A stretch of DNA of 64,000 nt from Eledone cirrhosa (taxonomy: Eukaryota). How positions within the stretch are numbered: position 1 is the first letter of the stretch; each line of letters begins with the position of its first letter. The stretch is taken from the NCBI GenBank assembly GCA_964016885.1, contig OZ024762.1:8680001-8744000 (forward strand). The letters are read 5' to 3'. Below, one piece after another: positions 57,748-64,000 of the stretch. The position numbers and the translations under genes are program-made. Below the pieces are notes generated by a model. The model did not search any database. It saw only the letters and a program-made list of their open reading frames with translations, and was not told the DNA's origin.

Positions 57748-57799
<52 letters not shown>

Positions 57800-57998
57800 T
57801 TTAGTACAGCATCAACGAAGCTTTAGTTCGCGGCCAAGCTAACGAATGCAAAATCGGTCTGTAGCTTTAGCACTCGGATGGGGAAAAAGTACCCCAGAGT
57901 AATAACAATACGTTTAGACAGCTTAGCAAATCAGATATAGCGATCGGCAGTCCAGCCGCATCAATAGAGCAACAAAAATACAGGACTCAGGAAAAGAT

Positions 57999-58029
<31 letters not shown>

Positions 58030-58061
58030 TGTTACACTTTGGGAGGGTCATGTTGCCAATG

Positions 58062-58097
<36 letters not shown>

Positions 58098-58146
58098 GGA
58101 GAGAGAGAGAGAGAGAGAGAGTGAGAGAGAGAGAGAGGGAGAGAGC

Positions 58147-58200
<54 letters not shown>

Positions 58201-58566
58201 ACGAACTCTACCAATTCTCTGATACTGGTTTTAAACAATGAAATACTTGCAGACGATAGTAACATAAATTACGGCAATAGTTGAAGATAGAGAAAAAAAA
58301 TATTCGCTTTCAAGTGATCTTTTTCAACTTGCGTTAGCAATCCCGAGTGACCTTTCGACGACTTAGGTTATTTAATTCATTATTTTTGTACGAGAAACTT
58401 GCTTTGACATGGTTTTATTCGTTACCAAGTTGTTGTGGTTTTGTTGTGTAGTTGTTGTAGTCATTCGTTAAAGAGATTTTTCCTTATCATTGCGTTCGTT
58501 ACCAAATGAACAGCTGCATACAGATACTGAACTATATATAGAAACACTGACATTACACACGTACAT

Positions 58567-58603
<37 letters not shown>

Positions 58604-58742
58604 GAAACACTGACACATACATACACACATACATACAAACACATACATACACACACATACATACACACACATACACATACACACACATATATACATACAC
58701 ACATACATACATACACACACATACATACACACGTACACACAT

Positions 58743-58773
<31 letters not shown>

Positions 58774-59756
58774 CATAGAAACACTGACACACATACATAC
58801 AGACATGCAGACTCACCTTCACACACACAACCACGCACACACACACACAAGCACTCACATACAAGCTGTACTCACCCACTCTACACACACTTTATACACA
58901 CACTCTACACACACTCTACACACACTCTACACACACACTCTACACACACTCTCTACGCACACTCTACACACACACTCTACACACACACTCTACACACACT
59001 CTACACACACTCTACATACACTCTACACACACACTCTACTCACACACTCTACACACACACTCTATACACACTCTACACACACACACTCTACACACACTCT
59101 ACACACACACTCTACACACACTCTACACACACACTCTACACACACTCTACACACACACTCTACACACACTCTACACACACTCTACACACACTCTATATAT
59201 AAACGAGGAGTGGTTGTAAAAGGAGACATCTGGTAGGGGTATATCTTTAGTTCGATCTCACTTCTCTCTCTCTCTCTCTCTATACCTCTGTCTATCTCTC
59301 TATTTCTCTCTCTTTCCCCATCCACCCATCTGTCTACCTATCTACCTCTCTCTCTATCTATCTACCTATCTACCTACCTCTCTCTCTATCTATCTACCTA
59401 TCTACCTACCTCTCTCTCTATCTATCTACCTATCTACCTACCTCTCTCTCTATATATATACCTATGCTTCTGTCTATCTCTCTATTTCTCTCTCTTTCCC
59501 CATCCACCCATCTGTCTACCTATCTACCTCTCTCTCTCTATCTATCTACCTATCTACCTACCTCTCTCTCTATCTATCTACCTATCTACCTACCTCTCTC
59601 TCTATCTATCTACCTATCTACCTACCTCTCTCTCTATCTATCTATATCACCGTCCCCTCCCCACCCCCACCCGTTACCCCTCAATCTCTTTGATCTGGAA
59701 AATTCGTTAAAGAAATTTATACTTCCTCTTAAAGGTCAAGAACGTTTTCATCGCTG

Positions 59757-59864
<108 letters not shown>

Positions 59865-59904
59865 TAAATATATGTGTATATGTATAAACATATATATATG
59901 TTAA

Positions 59905-59976
<72 letters not shown>

Positions 59977-60042
59977 CATACATATACATATATACATATA
60001 TACACATATATCTATATATATACATATACATACATATACATG

Positions 60043-60087
<45 letters not shown>

Positions 60088-60179
60088 GTATATGTATATA
60101 TGTGTGTGTGTGTATATATATGTATGCGTGTTATATGTATATATGTGTATGTGTATATATATGTGTGTGTGTGTATGTG

Positions 60180-60212
<33 letters not shown>

Positions 60213-60296
60213 ATTTTGATGTGTTTGTTCGGACGCTTTTGCTAAATATATTGTTGTATTTTTGTATTTAGTCCTAATTACATTAACACCAGGACA

Positions 60297-60340
<44 letters not shown>

Positions 60341-60355
60341 GGTATATATATATAC

Positions 60356-60388
<33 letters not shown>

Positions 60389-60405
60389 TGTATATATATA
60401 TAAAG

Positions 60406-60458
<53 letters not shown>

Positions 60459-60464
<6 letters not shown>

Positions 60465-60885
60465 TAAGAGGAATTCCAACTTTGTCTGATTTACTCGTTT
60501 TATTTACAATCCTTTAAAATTTATAATGGTATTAGAATGAAATAGTATGATAGAATATTAAATGTTAAGTGTTAATTGAACAAGTACCTTCATGCTTTCG
60601 CAATCTTCAGGTTCATAATGTGTGGTGACAGTCAAGTTTGCAATTTTCAATTTGCGCAGTTGAAAATTGCAAACTTGACTGTCACCACACATTATGAACC
60701 TGAAGATTGCGAAAGCATGAAGGTACTTGTTCAATTAACACTTAACATTTAATATTCTATCATACTATTTTATTCTAATACCATTATAAATTTTAAAGGA
60801 TTGTAAATAAAACGAGTAAATCAGACAAAGTTGGAATTCCTCTTATTAATATAATCTTCTATACACAATCATACACACCCGTGTA
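60459..60885. mobile_element. Palindromic head-to-head HHR element; cores 60577-60615(-) and 60695-60733(+)
   Basis: tgaac-CTGAAGA-T-TGC-GAAA-GCA-T-GAAGGTACTT-gttca in both arms; centre ttgcgcag at ~60655. Confidence 0.8.
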
Positions 60886-60889
60886 TATT

Positions 60890-61027
<138 letters not shown>

Positions 61028-61209
61028 GTATATATATATATCTTTATATATAAATGGAATAGAATGAAACGAAATTTCATTTCTCACTCTTAGTACGTCA
61101 CTTACTTAAATGTAAGTATGTATGTATGTATACGTACATACATATATGTATACAGACGTACAGTAGTATGTATATATATACATACTACATCTATCTATAT
61201 ATATATATA

Positions 61210-61258
<49 letters not shown>

Positions 61259-62139
61259 AATATGATAATAATGGAGCTGCGGCGTTGCAAATGGGATACA
61301 TATGAAAAAGTGAGTCCTTCATCAGTGACCCTCCAACCGTCCTGGGCATTTCATCGCTTTAAGGGCCATATGCCTCGGGTTGGTGCGAACAACGGCTAAA
61401 AAAAGTCGTTGGGACACGTAAATAAAGGGGGACGCCAGAGTAACAACAAAAAAGTTTTAGCAACGGAAAGTGAGTAGAAATAGACAAGTCCCAGATCTCT
61501 ATGAATATAAACTCTGTGAAATCGTGAACAAGAGACAAAAGACCATCAAACCTGGTTGAAATGTGAGCAAGGAAAGAATTTCGCCCAAGTTTGACATATA
61601 TATATATATATATATATACTGTATATATATATATAAAGATATATACATATCTATCTATCTATCTATCTATATATATATATACAAACATAAATATATAATA
61701 CACACATAAACATACATACACTCACAGGGTAGAGAAAAAGAGAACGGAAATCGACCGTAAGGCCTCTACGTTTTACAGTGTCTACACTAAGCTCTCTTTA
61801 AACTATGGAACACTAAAATGTCTTACTTGTCTTGATTAGAAATATTTCATCTTTTACACACAGTCACTCTCTCAAAATTTCCTATCGGTTTGCGAATAGT
61901 TTCGGTTTACAAACATTTCGAGGTCCCACTGTATATATATTTTTCCTGCCCCAATATTTTTCTCAATTTCCCCGTTCCTTCCTCTCATCACTCTTTACTT
62001 TCTATTTATCTTAACTCTATCTTCTGATGAACGACTGGTGTCCGAAATGTTAAGACTCTCTTCCTACTATTTCAAGCGTTAAACTAATATATTTCTTCCA
62101 TGTACTGTGCCGTTTGTTTTGTTATTTTTGTTATTACTG

Positions 62140-62199
<60 letters not shown>

Positions 62200-62384
62200 A
62201 TGTGTGTGTGTGTATGTGTGTGCGTGTCATAATCGTCCTCATCACCACCGTTTAACGTCCATTTTCTACGCTAGCATGGGTTAGACAATTTTCCCCATTG
62301 TGAGATAAGCCAGGTTAGATGATTACATTTTGCTCATACAGAACTGATTTTTGGCTTGGTTGCACTTCCTAACGCCAGCCATAT

Positions 62385-62743
62385 TCACAGTGTAGAGTGG
62401 GTGCTTTGTGTCGTGACACCTACACAACCACTTTACAGTGTGTACTGGGTGCTTTGCGTCGTGACACCTACACAACCACTTTACAGTGTGTACTGGGTGC
62501 TTTGTGTCGTGACACCTACATGACCACTTTACAGTGTGTACTGGGTGCTTTGTGTCGTGACACCTACATGACGACTTTACAGTGTGTACTGGGTGCTTTG
62601 TGTCGTGACACCTACATGACCACTTTACAGTGTGTACTGGGTGCTTTGTGTCGTGATACCTACAAGACCACTTTACAGTGTGTACTGGGTGCTTTGTGTC
62701 GTGACACCTACATGACCACTTTACAGTGTGTACTGGGTGCTTT
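62385..62743. repeat. 48-bp minisatellite (~7 copies) amplified inside a minus-strand SINE (62240-62400)
   Basis: gtgctttgtgtcgtgacacctac recurs at 62401, 62449 and onward; similar to the segment duplicated within the SINE at 9570-9680. Confidence 0.9.
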
Positions 62744-62899
62744 GGTGGGGGAGGTGTATGGGGATTGGGGAGGTGGGTATATAGGCGTGTATGAGGGGTG
62801 GAGTGTTAGAACGTGGGAAGTTTATGGATGGAGGAGGTTGGGGAAAGTGGCGCATACTAGATATATGCTTCAGTCTGTGCTCATTGGAATGTGGGTCTT

Positions 62900-63420
62900 C
62901 TGTATAACTACATAACGCTAGAGATCTCAGTCAGTCCTGTGTCACAACCTTTGAGAGGTGCAACTGTGCAAGGTCAGCTTTTATCACCTCGATCATCCCA
63001 AGTCTTCCTGGGTCGTCCTACTCCAAGGCTTCCATCAACTTTGAGCGCCCTGCATCTTTTTATGCAGCTGTCATCCTTCATACGCATCACAGGTCCATAC
63101 CAACATAATCTCCTTTCTTGCACACAACATTTGATTCATCTTATGCCCAGTTTCTCTCTCAGTTCATTTATGCTTTGCTGTTCAAGTATATTACTATTAC
63201 ATATCAATCGAAGCATGCAAGCTTCATTTCTTTCCAATTTTTGCAGGTCCTCTGCACACAACACCCAGGCCTCACTACTATGCAGCATTGCTGTTCGTAT
63301 ACACACATTATGCAATCTGCATTTCTGGTTGCTGTACTTTCAGAACTGCTGATTTGGTCTCCCAAATAGCAAATGGTCCTACAGAACATTCCAAGAATTT
63401 AATACCACTTCTTTCCTGCA
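62900..63420 (-). mobile_element. Old degenerate RTE LINE fragment
   Basis: Residual YLGDQIS, LCWYGPVMRMKDD and GRPRKTWDD motifs across frameshifts. Confidence 0.75.
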
Positions 63421-64000
63421 GTTGTTTGCTGACTATTTTCCTATTACCCCCTCTACTACCCTAAGTATTGAGTACTCTGGTGCGTTAGGGTCCACCTGGT
63501 TCCTTACCACACTTTCTTTGTTATATATATATATATATATATATATTGTTATACTTTGGGAGGTCATGTTGCCAATAAAAACACACACACACACACACAC
63601 ACACATATATGTATATATATAATTATTATCATTATCATTATTATTATTATTATTCAAATCCCACCGAGGTTAGCTCTGCCTTTCATCCTTACGGGGTCGG
63701 TAAAATAAAGTACCAGTCACACACTGGGGCCGATTTAATCGCCCCCCCCCCCCGCCAAAAAAAAAAACTGCTGGCCGTGTGCATATATAAGAAACCACGG
63801 GGTCGATAAAATAAAGTACCAGTAATGCACTGGGTAATTTCTGGCCTTGTGCCTAAAATAGAAACAATTATTATCATTATCAATAGGCGCGTTAGTATAA
63901 TTAAAACATTTCCAATCAATGAAACAATTAAAGTCATCAATAGATCAATGGCTTATTCCCCCAAACCAACAAACAAAAGCAGAAGAGTTTAACAGATTAT

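Overview
AT-rich, microsatellite-dense animal genomic DNA. The SINE families and overall style suggest an octopod cephalopod (inference). Nearly all ORFs in the supplied track are artefacts of simple repeats. One real host gene is readable: five spliced minus-strand coding exons (19225 to 266) encode the N-terminal 123 aa of an SLC37A3-type sugar-phosphate exchanger, which continues off the left edge. The rest is transposon debris: two tRNA-SINE families, RTE, R4/Dong-like, CR1/L2-like and L1/Tx1-like LINE fragments, a Penelope GIY-YIG fragment, TTAA MITEs, a 5S rRNA fragment and several TE-derived minisatellites. The most striking signal is a dense set of minimal type I hammerhead ribozyme (HHR) motifs, roughly 30 intact or near-intact cores in more than ten unrelated short element families. 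They sit in (TA)n tracts and are often arranged as head-to-head palindromes that fold back at or near the ribozyme core. The clearest case is a retrozyme-like array of apparently identical 310-bp HHR monomers (40943-43416) that switches orientation midway. All calls were made by eye; no folding or database searches were run.
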